Shown one piece after another: positions 8,589 to 18,193 of a stretch of DNA of 64,000 bases (the first letter of the stretch is position 1; each line of letters starts with the position of its first letter). The position numbers and the translations under genes are program-made. The stretch comes from Anaerolineaceae bacterium. GTDB lineage: Bacteria; Chloroflexota; Anaerolineae; Anaerolineales; E44-bin32. The DNA lies in the NCBI GenBank assembly GCA_020350285.1, contig CP070708.1, positions 3,301,970 through 3,365,969 on the forward strand, read 5' to 3'. The notes beneath the pieces were generated by a model that had not been told where the DNA came from, searched no databases, and worked only from the letters and a program-made list of their open reading frames with translations.

Positions 8589-9665
8589 ATGAAGACCGAA
8601 AAAACAAATCCTGGAGGTAAAGCTCTAAGAGTAGCAGCTGTCCAAATGGATGCAAATCCTGCTCCTATATCCAATCGCTTGGAACGTGCAGAGCGACTGA
8701 TCACTGATGTAGTCAGGTCTGGAGCAAATCTAGCTGTATTACCAGAATTGTTTAATACCGGTTATTCTTACAACAAGGAAACTCATGCATTAGTGGAAAA
8801 GATTGATGGACCAACGGTGAGTTGGATGCGCAGCCTCTCATCTAAGCTCAACGTCCATATAGCAGGTTCACTAATGCTTTTGGATCAGGGTGAAGTTTAT
8901 AATGCCCTGTTACTTTTTTCGCCTGATGGGACTATGTGGCGCTATGATAAAAACTATCCTGCTGGGTGGGAAAGGGGTTTCTATAGGGAATCTCGCCAGA
9001 ATCCCAAGGTTACTGTAGCAGAAACAGCATTGGGTAATATTGGTCTGCTGGTTTGTTGGGACTCAGCACATCTTGAACTTTGGAGACAGTATGCAGGTCT
9101 TGTTGACATGATGGTTATTTGTAGCTGTCCCCCAAATTTGAGTGATGCCGTCTATCATTACCCTAATGGCGATCAGTTAACGATCGAGGATTTAGGATCG
9201 ATAATAGCCTCTACGAAGGGTAGCATCCAACAGGTATTTGGGGAGATGATCAATCAGCAGACTGCCTGGCTTGGAGTTCCAGCGGTGAATTCATCAGGAT
9301 GTGGATATATCCACACTCATATCCCTAATGGTAGACAATTAATATTAGGAAACACATTTTTAGCTCCCTGGTTGTTAAAATATCTATTTATAGCCGATCG
9401 AATGCAAATGTCCTGCGATATTGTGAAAGAATGTAAAATCATTGACTGCACTGGAGAAGTTCTGTCAAAGGTACCCGAGGAAGAGGAAGAGTCTTTTACC
9501 ATCACAAATATCACCATTCCTGATTCAAAGCCAATGCCAAAAAATCATCAACCACCTTCGTTAATACCAAGAACCACATATTTTTTCGAAGATATTTATA
9601 TAAATTTGATTAGCAGGTCTGAATATCGCAAGGCAAGCTTCGGGGGCAGAGAAAGCCACTCTTAA
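8589..9665 (+). CDS. Carbon-nitrogen hydrolase (nitrilase superfamily) protein
   Basis: An E-K-C triad context is visible: VLPELFNTGY, WRYDKNY, LLVCWDSAHLE. The start was trimmed to the ATG at 8589, with GGAG at about 8577. The gene is visibly more AT-rich than its flanks. Confidence 0.8.
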   Translation: MKTEKTNPGGKALRVAAVQMDANPAPISNRLERAERLITDVVRSGANLAVLPELFNTGYSYNKETHALVEKIDGPTVSWMRSLSSKLNVHIAGSLMLLDQGEVYNALLLFSPDGTMWRYDKNYPAGWERGFYRESRQNPKVTVAETALGNIGLLVCWDSAHLELWRQYAGLVDMMVICSCPPNLSDAVYHYPNGDQLTIEDLGSIIASTKGSIQQVFGEMINQQTAWLGVPAVNSSGCGYIHTHIPNGRQLILGNTFLAPWLLKYLFIADRMQMSCDIVKECKIIDCTGEVLSKVPEEEEESFTITNITIPDSKPMPKNHQPPSLIPRTTYFFEDIYINLISRSEYRKASFGGRESHS

Positions 9666-9823
9666 TCAGTAGGTATGCTCTAAATGAGTTAGATAGGTAA
9701 CACCAGCGTTCCTTGATGATTCCACCCCTTCGAACTAAGATTCGAAAAATGTAATACCTTTGTGACTTGTTTTAGTCTAAAAATAGGGATGGCGGGGTTC
9801 GGAGCAGGTCCTCGTAGGGGCAT

Positions 9824-9855
9824 ACAAACCGCCCGACACATCTGTCGAGCGGTTT
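9824..9855 (+). repeat. Direct repeat copy 2 (32 nt exact), preceded by a degenerate tRNA 3'-half-like sequence
   Basis: Identical to 8279-8310. The upstream sequence ggcggggttcggagcaggtcctcgtaggggcat resembles the tRNA T-arm and acceptor end (ccggggttcgaatccccgtgggggcac). Confidence 0.8.
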
Positions 9856-10077
9856 CTTGTTTCGATTCGTTTGGGTATGAGAGGCATAACCGGTCTAACG
9901 GTTATTCCGTGTGCGAATGAATGGAAATCTATCAGTTGATTTTTCAGCAGTCTTATTTCGATTTAGGTCCCACCAGACATGCGGATGTATGTGCGGTCCA
10001 ACATGTATGGTCCCCAAACCCTTACCCCTTCCACATTTTTGATCCGTAGCATTTCTCTTCATCTGGGATAACCTCCA

Positions 10078-11019
10078 TTAACCTGCACTGTCATTCGCCT
10101 TTGAAGGCAGAAGTGCTCCAAACACAACACCTGACAATACCAATCCGGCACCAACGATGAAGCTCGAAGTGATCTGCTCACCAGCCAATTGAGTTGCCAA
10201 GACAACCGTGATGAGAGGGCTAATCACAAACCCGTATGACGTCCCTGACGCCGTCCAACGTCTTAGAACGTACAAATAAAGAAGGAAACCGATGACCGTT
10301 ACAAGGAATACAAGATAAGCTAAGGCAATCCAAGTGTTCGCCAGAGACGGGATCACCCATCGTTCTCCACTAAGAATTGATGTCATGCCCAGTATGACCA
10401 CACCAACCGTCATCGCAACAGCGTTCATCGCAATTGGATGACTGCGTGGAAATTTCTTAGCAATTACACCCGCTTCAGCCAAGAAAGCTGCAGCCGCTAT
10501 CATGGCGAATAAATGTGGGATGGAGAGCGCCTCTGCGGCAGATCCACCAAACACAACGGCAATTCCAACGACAGCTAACAGGGACCCTAACAATCCCTGC
10601 CAACGCAATCTTTCCAATCCATGCAGATATGCCAGGAATACAGTCAGCAGTGGCACCAAAGCGAGAAGAACACCAGCTAAGGATGCGGGAGTCTTTACCA
10701 GACCCCAAGCAGCCAGAACAAAGGCTCCGCCGACGCTTAGAACTCCGAAAAGAACCGCGCCCAATAGTGCTCGACCCCGCGGCAAAGGTATCTTTAGCAT
10801 GAGTACCAATACCCAGAACACAAGAGCTCCAGCACCAAAGCGAGCAGTTCCGCTCCAGAACGGTGGCAATTCGGCATACGTGAAGCGAATGGCGACTGTC
10901 GCCCCACCGGCAAGAACGACAAAGAGCGCGAATGCTGCAAGGGTCAATCGATTAGGTAAAGATGAAACCCCCCCAGCAGGGACCACGGCAGGTTTTATGA
11001 TGCTTTCTTTTGTAGCCAT
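10078..11019 (-). CDS. EamA/DMT-family transporter
   Basis: 313 aa with about 10 TM segments and two-fold internal similarity typical of EamA repeats. AGAGG RBS. Confidence 0.8.
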   Translation of the reverse strand: MATKESIIKPAVVPAGGVSSLPNRLTLAAFALFVVLAGGATVAIRFTYAELPPFWSGTARFGAGALVFWVLVLMLKIPLPRGRALLGAVLFGVLSVGGAFVLAAWGLVKTPASLAGVLLALVPLLTVFLAYLHGLERLRWQGLLGSLLAVVGIAVVFGGSAAEALSIPHLFAMIAAAAFLAEAGVIAKKFPRSHPIAMNAVAMTVGVVILGMTSILSGERWVIPSLANTWIALAYLVFLVTVIGFLLYLYVLRRWTASGTSYGFVISPLITVVLATQLAGEQITSSFIVGAGLVLSGVVFGALLPSKANDSAG

Positions 11020-11325
11020 TGAAATACCTCTTTGATCAGTGTGATTGAGAATGTGGTTTCTTGGATTGTTTGAAACTCTACCGAACTGAAACGAAATTGC
11101 ATGTATCGCAATAATCTAATTAGGACAATTATACTCCAAATAGACCAATAACAAAAGTGGGTTTCGAGTGATTGTGATCAGGGATATAAACACCTACGGA
11201 AACTCCTCCACGCAATGAAACTGTGGAGGAGTTTCTGCCGCTATACTTTGAGATTAACCGATGATAATCGGGAGTCACCTCACAATACGATAGTCAAATA
11301 CTAAAAATCACAGGACTCTGAGGAC

Positions 11326-12129
11326 TCAGGCTGCTTGGGTAATCAGCCTGCCCTCATCAGGTGACTGGGTGAGTCGTTGCCACATATTGGGCCACAAGAA
11401 CAGCACGACGAGCACCAGACTGAAGATCGGGCCCAGGGAGAACATCGAGAATCTCCCCAAGTTGATGGTTGTAATCACTCCGAGCGGGATGCCCACGACC
11501 AACTCCAAAACTCCAGCTGTGAGTCCGAGGACCCTCATCCATTCCTTAGGGCGAAGCAATATACCCACCGCAACCACACCCCATCCGATGAAAGCCACCC
11601 AATTCAACCGCTGCACTGCCACGAAAATGTGCGATCCAATCGTGATGATCCGACTCCAGCTGGCAACCCCATTCATAAAACAAAAGATGAAAGCCATGCC
11701 GGTGACTAAACCAAGTAATGTGCGGTTCCATGATAATCCCCCCACAACTTTCATCAAGAGGAAATAAAGGATTAGATTGGGCCAAAAGATGATGAAGTAG
11801 ACAGGAGGCATACCCGCAGCCATGAAGGGCACGTTGATGAACCAACTGCCCTGCAATGCCAACACATTCGCGAGCGCGGCCACAGGAAAAGCCCAACCTG
11901 CAGCGGTGAAAAAGCCATAGGCGCTTACGGCATAAAGCACTCCGGCAAGGATGCCAAAGTCCGAGAGAGCAGGCATGAGATACTTTAGCAGGATTTCACA
12001 GCCCGGCTCAGCGGCCTCCGCGGTCAACGCCGGCGAGTACCAATTGAGGAATATGAGGTAAGTGCCAACGATACCGAGCACGGCACCGATCAGGGTTAGC
12101 AATATGCCCAAACGATTCTTGGCTTTCAT
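11326..12129 (-). CDS. Integral membrane protein, unknown function
   Basis: 267 aa with about 7-8 hydrophobic segments. Strong GGAGGTG RBS upstream of the ATG at 12129. Confidence 0.6.
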   Translation of the reverse strand: MKAKNRLGILLTLIGAVLGIVGTYLIFLNWYSPALTAEAAEPGCEILLKYLMPALSDFGILAGVLYAVSAYGFFTAAGWAFPVAALANVLALQGSWFINVPFMAAGMPPVYFIIFWPNLILYFLLMKVVGGLSWNRTLLGLVTGMAFIFCFMNGVASWSRIITIGSHIFVAVQRLNWVAFIGWGVVAVGILLRPKEWMRVLGLTAGVLELVVGIPLGVITTINLGRFSMFSLGPIFSLVLVVLFLWPNMWQRLTQSPDEGRLITQAA

Positions 12130-12236
12130 GTTTCACCTCCATGGGCTAGCGTGATTTATCAGTTCTCCGATCTGATAAATCCATCTTCACAAGAAAAGGA
12201 TCACCCGCCATTTCCATCATCGTGATCAATGGCTCT

Positions 12237-12252
12237 TGTGAAATGTATCACT
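12237..12252. promoter_or_regulatory. CRP/FNR-type palindromic site TGTGA-N6-TCACT
   Basis: tgtgaaatgtatcact lies in the divergent intergenic region between the membrane protein gene and the Crp-family regulator gene. TTGACG follows at 12255-12260. Confidence 0.4.
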
Positions 12253-12408
12253 TATTGACGGGGAATTCTTTGCTTTAACGCAAATTGTCGCCCTCTCCCT
12301 TAATCGTGGGTGTTGATATTTCCAGAAGATGATGGGTATTATTAAATGGAAAATCATCCGACATGGCGAAGAAACTAGCCAGCCCGAATATCGTTAAGGA
12401 GCGGCACT

Positions 12409-13083
12409 TTGAATTCCCTCACGAAACTCCTTCCCGTCCACCCCATCTTTAAACACTTATCTGAAACGACTCTAGATGAACTTGCACGAGGCGCGATCAA
12501 AAAGACATACACATCCCAGGAAATCATCGTTTACCAAGGTGACATATGGCCGTATTTGTTTTACCTTCCTGAAGGGGAAATCAAAGCGGTGAAGCAATCA
12601 CCGGAGGGACGCACATTTACCGCAACCACGCTGAAACCCGGTGATATCTTTTGGGGACTTTCTTTCTTTATCGAGGACACACCAATGCCGGTCTACCTCC
12701 AGGCAAACCTGGATTCCACCATCTACATCTGGAACCGGGAAGATCTCAAACCTATTATTGAAGAAAACGGGGTCATGGCCTGGAAACTTTGTCAGACGAT
12801 GATCAAGCGAATGCAATTAGCGAGCGGAATTGTGGAGGATCTCGCCTTCCATCCTGTCATGAGGCGATTGGCAGGCTTGCTTCTAGACATCTTTGGTGAT
12901 GCAGAAGATGAGTTCATGGCCCGGGATCTAACACTCGAGGATATGGCTTCGTATATCGGCACGACCCGAGAGATGGTGTGCCGTCACTTATACCGTTTCG
13001 CTGAAGAGGGGGCCATTGAGATACGCCGAACCGAACTCCGAATTACAGACCGAGAATTCCTAGAAATGCAACTTCGAAAGTGA
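12409..13083 (+). CDS. Crp/Fnr-family transcriptional regulator
   Basis: 224 aa with an N-terminal cNMP-binding-like beta roll and a C-terminal HTH (LEDMASYIGTTREMVCRHLYRF). TTG start preceded by AAGGAG. Confidence 0.85.
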   Translation: MNSLTKLLPVHPIFKHLSETTLDELARGAIKKTYTSQEIIVYQGDIWPYLFYLPEGEIKAVKQSPEGRTFTATTLKPGDIFWGLSFFIEDTPMPVYLQANLDSTIYIWNREDLKPIIEENGVMAWKLCQTMIKRMQLASGIVEDLAFHPVMRRLAGLLLDIFGDAEDEFMARDLTLEDMASYIGTTREMVCRHLYRFAEEGAIEIRRTELRITDREFLEMQLRK

Positions 13084-13162
13084 TAACTTCCCTCAATCCA
13101 CGTATGATGAATACTGGATTCGCCCATATCTGAATACTGATGTCTGACTACTGACTACTTTT

Positions 13163-14266
13163 CTACCTATCCATCCTTCTGACTTTCCAGACGACCACAG
13201 AGAGCAACAAGATGGCAGCCCCTAGCATGATCCCAAGGTTTGGGAGCAGAATGTTTAAAGACGCCAAATTTGAGAACGAAACCTGGATCACATTCGACAT
13301 AGCCACTGTAGGAAACCAAGCTACGAGCGCCTTAACGATGGGTGGCCAACTCGATCCTACAAACTGTTTCAGGAACACCGAGGCGAGCAGGCTCAAAATA
13401 ACCAAACTGACCCACAGATTTAATGTCCCTGGATTCTCAAATATGGTCCCTAGCAACAATCCCACTGCAACTGCGAAGAGCGAACCACAAATGACCGCCA
13501 GGAAGGCTATTCCCCACTGGTTGAACATCGAAAGATTGAGGGCAAAAACAACGGCAGCAGCTGTCAAGCAATAAAATGAGCCCGCGATGGCTTTTCCAAC
13601 CACCATTTGCCCATAGCTTGCAGGTGAAACAAGGAGAGCTTCCATCGTATGCTTCTCTTTTTCCTCAAGCATGAGATACGGAACCAGGAAGACACCGATG
13701 ATATTGATCGCTAAAACCAGCGTTAATGAAATCATGGTCAGTTGTCCATCTGAATCGGGGTTGGGGTAAACCCGGTTGTCCGTGTAATCGATGTGGACAG
13801 GCACTCCAACCAGCTCGCCAAGTTGGCCCTCAAAGAATTCCACCAGTTTGATCACATCTGAGGATTTCGCCCAATATGCTGCAAAACCATCGATATCCAT
13901 TTGCCCTTCAGTTTGCACATTTTGACGAAGATCTGCTGGAAAGACCAAGCCGAGTTGCGTTTCACTGGACTCCGTAAGGATCTTTTCCATCATCCCTTGG
14001 GAGGTCACTTCGCGCAATCTTAAGTCTTTCATCTTCGCCAGCTCATCGATTAAGCCCGACGCCCCTACATCATAGATCACTGCTGTAGGTGTTGGCTTAA
14101 TGCGTAAAAGAAAAGGAAGTGCTTGACTTGAAAGCATCACCATGCCGATCCCAAGCATGATCGAAATGGTGGTTTTGTTCTTGATCGCATCCACGATATC
14201 CTTGGCTGCGATTGCCCAGATGATTCGGACACTTTCACCCCATCTGCTACGAAGTATGCTTTTCAT
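13163..14266 (-). CDS. ABC-2 type (NatB-like) transporter permease
   Basis: 367 aa. One N-terminal TM segment, a ~150-aa extracytoplasmic loop, then 5 TM segments. Paralogous to the product of 14373-15461 (shared IIWAI.AKDIVD..KNKTT and ALLVSPAS). Confidence 0.75.
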   Translation of the reverse strand: MKSILRSRWGESVRIIWAIAAKDIVDAIKNKTTISIMLGIGMVMLSSQALPFLLRIKPTPTAVIYDVGASGLIDELAKMKDLRLREVTSQGMMEKILTESSETQLGLVFPADLRQNVQTEGQMDIDGFAAYWAKSSDVIKLVEFFEGQLGELVGVPVHIDYTDNRVYPNPDSDGQLTMISLTLVLAINIIGVFLVPYLMLEEKEKHTMEALLVSPASYGQMVVGKAIAGSFYCLTAAAVVFALNLSMFNQWGIAFLAVICGSLFAVAVGLLLGTIFENPGTLNLWVSLVILSLLASVFLKQFVGSSWPPIVKALVAWFPTVAMSNVIQVSFSNLASLNILLPNLGIMLGAAILLLSVVVWKVRRMDR

Positions 14267-14372
14267 TGTTATCTCACCTACATAACAGTTTTTACTTCAA
14301 TCTCCGACTATGAGTTGGAGGCTGATCGTTTGTCCATAGACAATGCTTGACGGGATAGCTAAAGACTCACCA

Positions 14373-15461
14373 TCAGCGATCCGATCGGCGCAGAACCCGC
14401 ACGACCAAAGCGAAGACCAATACGGCACAACAAGCCACCAATAAGAGTTGTGGCCCAAATTGCGACAACGGTGCCTGAGCTGAAAACGAAACACGAAAGA
14501 CCTTGTCCAGTGCTACAGTTGGAATCCATGAAAAAATGTCAATCAGGGTCTTTGGGAGGATAGCTGACATAATGGGCAGGAAAAGCGGCAGCAGCAAAGG
14601 GATGAAGATCATAAACCCCCACAACATTACCTGCTGTCGAACTTCGAAGATACTTCCCAACAGAATACCCAACCCTACTGTAAAGAACGAACCAACGATG
14701 ACCCCCAAGATGACCAACCACCAGTGAGTGATGATTGAACTGTTGAGGGCAAGGACGACTACAGCTCCTAGTAAACAATAGAGCAGTCCGGTCAGGAACT
14801 TTGCCATAACCACCTGTCCACTGCTTGCAGGTGAAACCAGTAGTGCATCAATGGCTTTGGTTTGTTTTTCCTCGAACATTAAGTTCACCGTGAATGAGAT
14901 ACCGATCATGGTGATCACGATGACAAGTGCAAGGGAGACCAAAAAGGCTAAACCCAGAGAGTCTGGCTCGGTGTATACAATATTGCCCTCGATATGGATG
15001 CGGATCGGATGTCCTACGATTTCGCTGATCTCCCCCTCATAAACAGTCTTGAGTTCCTCTGCATCCGACTCACTGACCCAGTGAAGGATATATCCTTCTA
15101 CCTCTGGCGTTGCTGAACCCGTCAATTCTTGATCGAGATCTGGGGGAATCACCAAGGCTAACGCCGGAGTATCCTCCTCCGTGAGAAATCTCTCCATCCT
15201 CTCTCGAGAAGAAAACTCAACGAGATTGAATTCGGTACTTTCTTCCAGCATCGCTACGATCGAGGATCCTCCTTGGTCATAGACAATCAAGTTAGGCAAC
15301 GCGCCCCCAGAATCCAACATAGGGAGAAATTTATAAATCGCTGCCACAAAGAGAGTCGTTAAGATCGTACTCAGTGTCGTCTTATTCTTGAGCCCGTCAA
15401 CGATATCCTTGGCCGTGATCGCCCAGATGATACGTAAGCTTTGACGAATATTTGTGTTCAT
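14373..15461 (-). CDS. ABC-2 type (NatB-like) transporter permease, paralog
   Basis: 362 aa with the same topology and shared motifs as the product of 13163-14266. Confidence 0.75.
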   Translation of the reverse strand: MNTNIRQSLRIIWAITAKDIVDGLKNKTTLSTILTTLFVAAIYKFLPMLDSGGALPNLIVYDQGGSSIVAMLEESTEFNLVEFSSRERMERFLTEEDTPALALVIPPDLDQELTGSATPEVEGYILHWVSESDAEELKTVYEGEISEIVGHPIRIHIEGNIVYTEPDSLGLAFLVSLALVIVITMIGISFTVNLMFEEKQTKAIDALLVSPASSGQVVMAKFLTGLLYCLLGAVVVLALNSSIITHWWLVILGVIVGSFFTVGLGILLGSIFEVRQQVMLWGFMIFIPLLLPLFLPIMSAILPKTLIDIFSWIPTVALDKVFRVSFSAQAPLSQFGPQLLLVACCAVLVFALVVRVLRRSDR

Positions 15462-15496
15462 GATTCGAAGCTCCCAATTTCAAGGTTCATGATGGT

Positions 15497-16078
15497 CTAT
15501 GTTGCCACCACGCACGCTGCAGCAACTGCAGCGGCAGCATCCTGAATATTCATGTAAGCGAGGTACCAGCCTATGAGGATCAAGAGCGAAAGCTCTGGCA
15601 AGGATATTACACCCATTCGCAACTTTACCTCTGCTTCATGTTTGAAACAACGCATCCAGTCATGGATCTCTATTAGCACGACATCGTTTTTATCGGCAAA
15701 CGCCCAGGAATTTGAGAAGACTTTCGTCCTGAACCATTGGTATTCACGCCCAATAACCAGCGAAAGCATACCATCACCCAACCAGTTGCGAACGAAACTT
15801 CCCACTCTGACTCTGGAGCTTATATCCGTCACAACAACCTTATCCCTGAAGAAACCTAAGCGATCGATGAGCCATTTACCATCAGCACAGATGGCTACAG
15901 CTCGATCAGAGAGCCACTTCGGCCAGTAGAGCCTTCCCACCAGATCATCTCCCGCACGGAGCTCGAATTCACGGGCGCCAAATGCGACCTGCTTCCACAT
16001 CAATTGGCGATAATCCACGGATCTAAGCTCTCGCATGACATCCCTCGGAGTATCTTCCTTACGCTTACTCATCTTCAA
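15497..16078 (-). CDS. Hypothetical protein with a C-terminal TM anchor, embedded in the ABC operon
   Basis: 193 aa. Its TTG start overlaps the upstream ATPase stop (TTGA); an alternative ATG lies at 16072. The soluble part looks beta-rich, and the C-terminal segment LLILIGWYLAYM is hydrophobic. No family recognised. Confidence 0.5.
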   Translation of the reverse strand: MKMSKRKEDTPRDVMRELRSVDYRQLMWKQVAFGAREFELRAGDDLVGRLYWPKWLSDRAVAICADGKWLIDRLGFFRDKVVVTDISSRVRVGSFVRNWLGDGMLSLVIGREYQWFRTKVFSNSWAFADKNDVVLIEIHDWMRCFKHEAEVKLRMGVISLPELSLLILIGWYLAYMNIQDAAAAVAAACVVAT

Positions 16079-16812
16079 CTCCCTCGATAAAGCGATCTTC
16101 CCGTGAGTTTAATGAAGACATCTTCTAGCGTGATACTCTGACCGTCTCCTTGTTGTTTTTTCAATCCTTCGGGGGTATCCAACGCCACGATGTGTCCCTG
16201 ATCGATGATCGCCACGCGATCACTCAAACGATCCGCCTCTTCCATATAGTGGGTGGTCAAGAACACTGTCACGCCCTCTTGCGCTAATTCTGCGATGATT
16301 GCCCGGATGTCTCGGGCCACACCTGGATCGAGGCCACGAGTGGGTTCATCTAAGAATAAAACCTTCGGCTCGTGGAGGAGCCCCCGTGCAATAAGCAAGC
16401 GCTGCTTCATGCCATTGGAATAGGTCTTGATCTTATCCCGCTCCCGACCTGTGAGTCCGACTTGAGTCAGCACTCTATCTACACGCATTTTATCGACACC
16501 ATACAACCGAGCATAGAAGACGAGGTTGTCTCGTGCTGATAAACGCTCATAAACATTCTGGTACTCAAACACTACCCCAATTTGCGGTTTGAGTTCCTGA
16601 CGTTCCTCGACCACATCGCAGCCAACCACCTGGGCTTTCCCTGATGTCGGTCTTAGTTGTCCTGTGAGCATTTTTATTGTCGTCGTCTTGCCAGCGCCGT
16701 TTGGACCCAAGAAGCCGAAGATTTCGCCCGGCTCAACAACAAAGCTGATCTTGTCTACCGCACATAGGCCGTTGAAATTTCGAGTCAGGTCCATAGCTTC
16801 AATCGCATTCAT
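16075..16812 (-). CDS. ABC transporter ATP-binding protein (canonical NBD)
   Basis: Walker A GPNGAGKTTT, Q-loop FEYQNV, signature YSNGMKQR, Walker B LFLDEPTRGLD and H-loop LTTHY are all present. The start was trimmed to the ATG at 16812 (MNAIEAMDL). Confidence 0.9.
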   Translation of the reverse strand: MNAIEAMDLTRNFNGLCAVDKISFVVEPGEIFGFLGPNGAGKTTTIKMLTGQLRPTSGKAQVVGCDVVEERQELKPQIGVVFEYQNVYERLSARDNLVFYARLYGVDKMRVDRVLTQVGLTGRERDKIKTYSNGMKQRLLIARGLLHEPKVLFLDEPTRGLDPGVARDIRAIIAELAQEGVTVFLTTHYMEEADRLSDRVAIIDQGHIVALDTPEGLKKQQGDGQSITLEDVFIKLTGRSLYRGS

Positions 16813-16831
16813 CTGCAATCTCCTAAAATTA

Positions 16832-17041
16832 CTAGGGTTGTTTACTTCGCTTATACAGGTGCTCCCCAATAGCTACTCCGATAGAGATTCCAATCGCAGG
16901 ACCGACGCCTATCAAACCAGGGTTATCGGTCACAATCCACAACGCAATACCGATTGGGGCGAACATGGCCATACCGAGTGCCATCCCCTTGCCCATGCAG
17001 CGTTCCTTTTCTTTCGTCGGATCGTTCGTTTGCTGAGACAT
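16832..17041 (-). CDS. Small glycine-zipper membrane protein
   Basis: 69 aa containing GMALGMAMFAPIGIALW...GLIGVGPAIGISIGVAIG. Strong AAGGAG RBS. Lies inside the operon. Confidence 0.5.
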   Translation of the reverse strand: MSQQTNDPTKEKERCMGKGMALGMAMFAPIGIALWIVTDNPGLIGVGPAIGISIGVAIGEHLYKRSKQP

Positions 17042-17200
17042 GTCTACTCCTTTCTATCCAATCTTGTTGGGCTCAGTACGAATTTCTGATTGCACTATAT
17101 AAAAAAGAAAACGTCGCTGCAATAAAAAAGCGCTGAACGGCGCATCTAGGAGGATGAATGGATGTTTTTGGGGGTCGAAAGGAACAGTTTTCTTGAGGTA

Positions 17201-18193
17201 TTAATAACCTAAAAGGTCACGTAACTCACCTGCGGCGGATTTGCTCAGAGGTATAAGTGTGCCCTCTGGATCATCCATCCGAAGGCTGAATGTGTTGCGC
17301 GTGAAGGGGATCACCTCGGTAACATGCTGAAGGTTCACCAGATATCCGCGATGGGCACGGAAAAATCCCCTTCCTGAAAGACGTTCCTCAAGCTCCGCAA
17401 GCGTAAACTGAGTCGGAAGCCGAGCCTCGGTTGTTTGGACGAACGCCCTTCCTTCTTCTGCATCGGCGAACAAGATATCAGCAGGATTTACCAGCGCCAC
17501 CCTACCCTCAAGCCGGACAGGGATTTTGAACGGAAGCTCCGCCTCGCGTTCTTCTTTCGGACTGTAGGTCTCCATAATTCGACCATTGGCTAGAACATGA
17601 ATCGTATCGCAAAGCGTTGTGAGATTGGTGTTGTCCTCCGCCAGAATGAGTACCGTGACCTCATCCTCAGCCAATTGAGTTATCAAGTCACTCAACAAAG
17701 ATATCGATGCTTCATCACATCTCGCAAAAGGCTCCATGAGAATGAGGTTCGAGGGTTCATGTAAGAGAGCGCGGCCGAAGGCAAAACGCCGCGCGAGTCC
17801 TGTGGGGATTTTATCCAGCTTCGCATTCGCATGATCCGCTAGACCCACCTGAACCAGAACCCGCTCAGCTCGTGACTTTGGAAGACCCCGAATCCTGCAA
17901 TGAAAGGTCAAATTCGCTAGCGGAGAGCGATGTACATAAAGGCTATCGTCGTAAAAGAGGACGCCAACTTGATGGCTGAAATCATCCCGATCTGTTATCG
18001 GATCCGAGTCACCAAGACGCACAGTACCAACGGTTGGCCGCGCATTTCCGATGAGTAGATCCAACAATTCTCCTTTGCCACTACCAGCCGGACCAACAAG
18101 GGCGACAACCTCTCCCGGTTCAACTCGCAGATGATCAATATCAACGACCGTATTCTGATCTATCACCTTCTGCAACTTGTCAACTTCAATCAT
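17201..18193 (-). CDS. Degenerate ABC NBD fused to a LytTR DNA-binding domain
   Basis: The N-terminal ~210 aa are ABC-NBD-like but with altered motifs: GPAGSGKG, LFYDDS, IPTGLARR, LILMEP, LAEDN. The C-terminal ~100 aa have LytTR hallmarks (ILFADAEE...FFRAHRGYLVNLQHV). Confidence 0.8.
   Translation of the reverse strand: MIEVDKLQKVIDQNTVVDIDHLRVEPGEVVALVGPAGSGKGELLDLLIGNARPTVGTVRLGDSDPITDRDDFSHQVGVLFYDDSLYVHRSPLANLTFHCRIRGLPKSRAERVLVQVGLADHANAKLDKIPTGLARRFAFGRALLHEPSNLILMEPFARCDEASISLLSDLITQLAEDEVTVLILAEDNTNLTTLCDTIHVLANGRIMETYSPKEEREAELPFKIPVRLEGRVALVNPADILFADAEEGRAFVQTTEARLPTQFTLAELEERLSGRGFFRAHRGYLVNLQHVTEVIPFTRNTFSLRMDDPEGTLIPLSKSAAGELRDLLGY

Noticed and set aside
10502-11035. 177-aa plus-strand ORF (and the 95-aa ORF at 10515-10802) opposite the EamA transporter gene
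   Set aside because: It is fully antisense to a well-supported membrane protein gene. The translation is low-complexity and rich in Pro, Ala, Arg and Thr, and there is no RBS. This is a typical shadow ORF.
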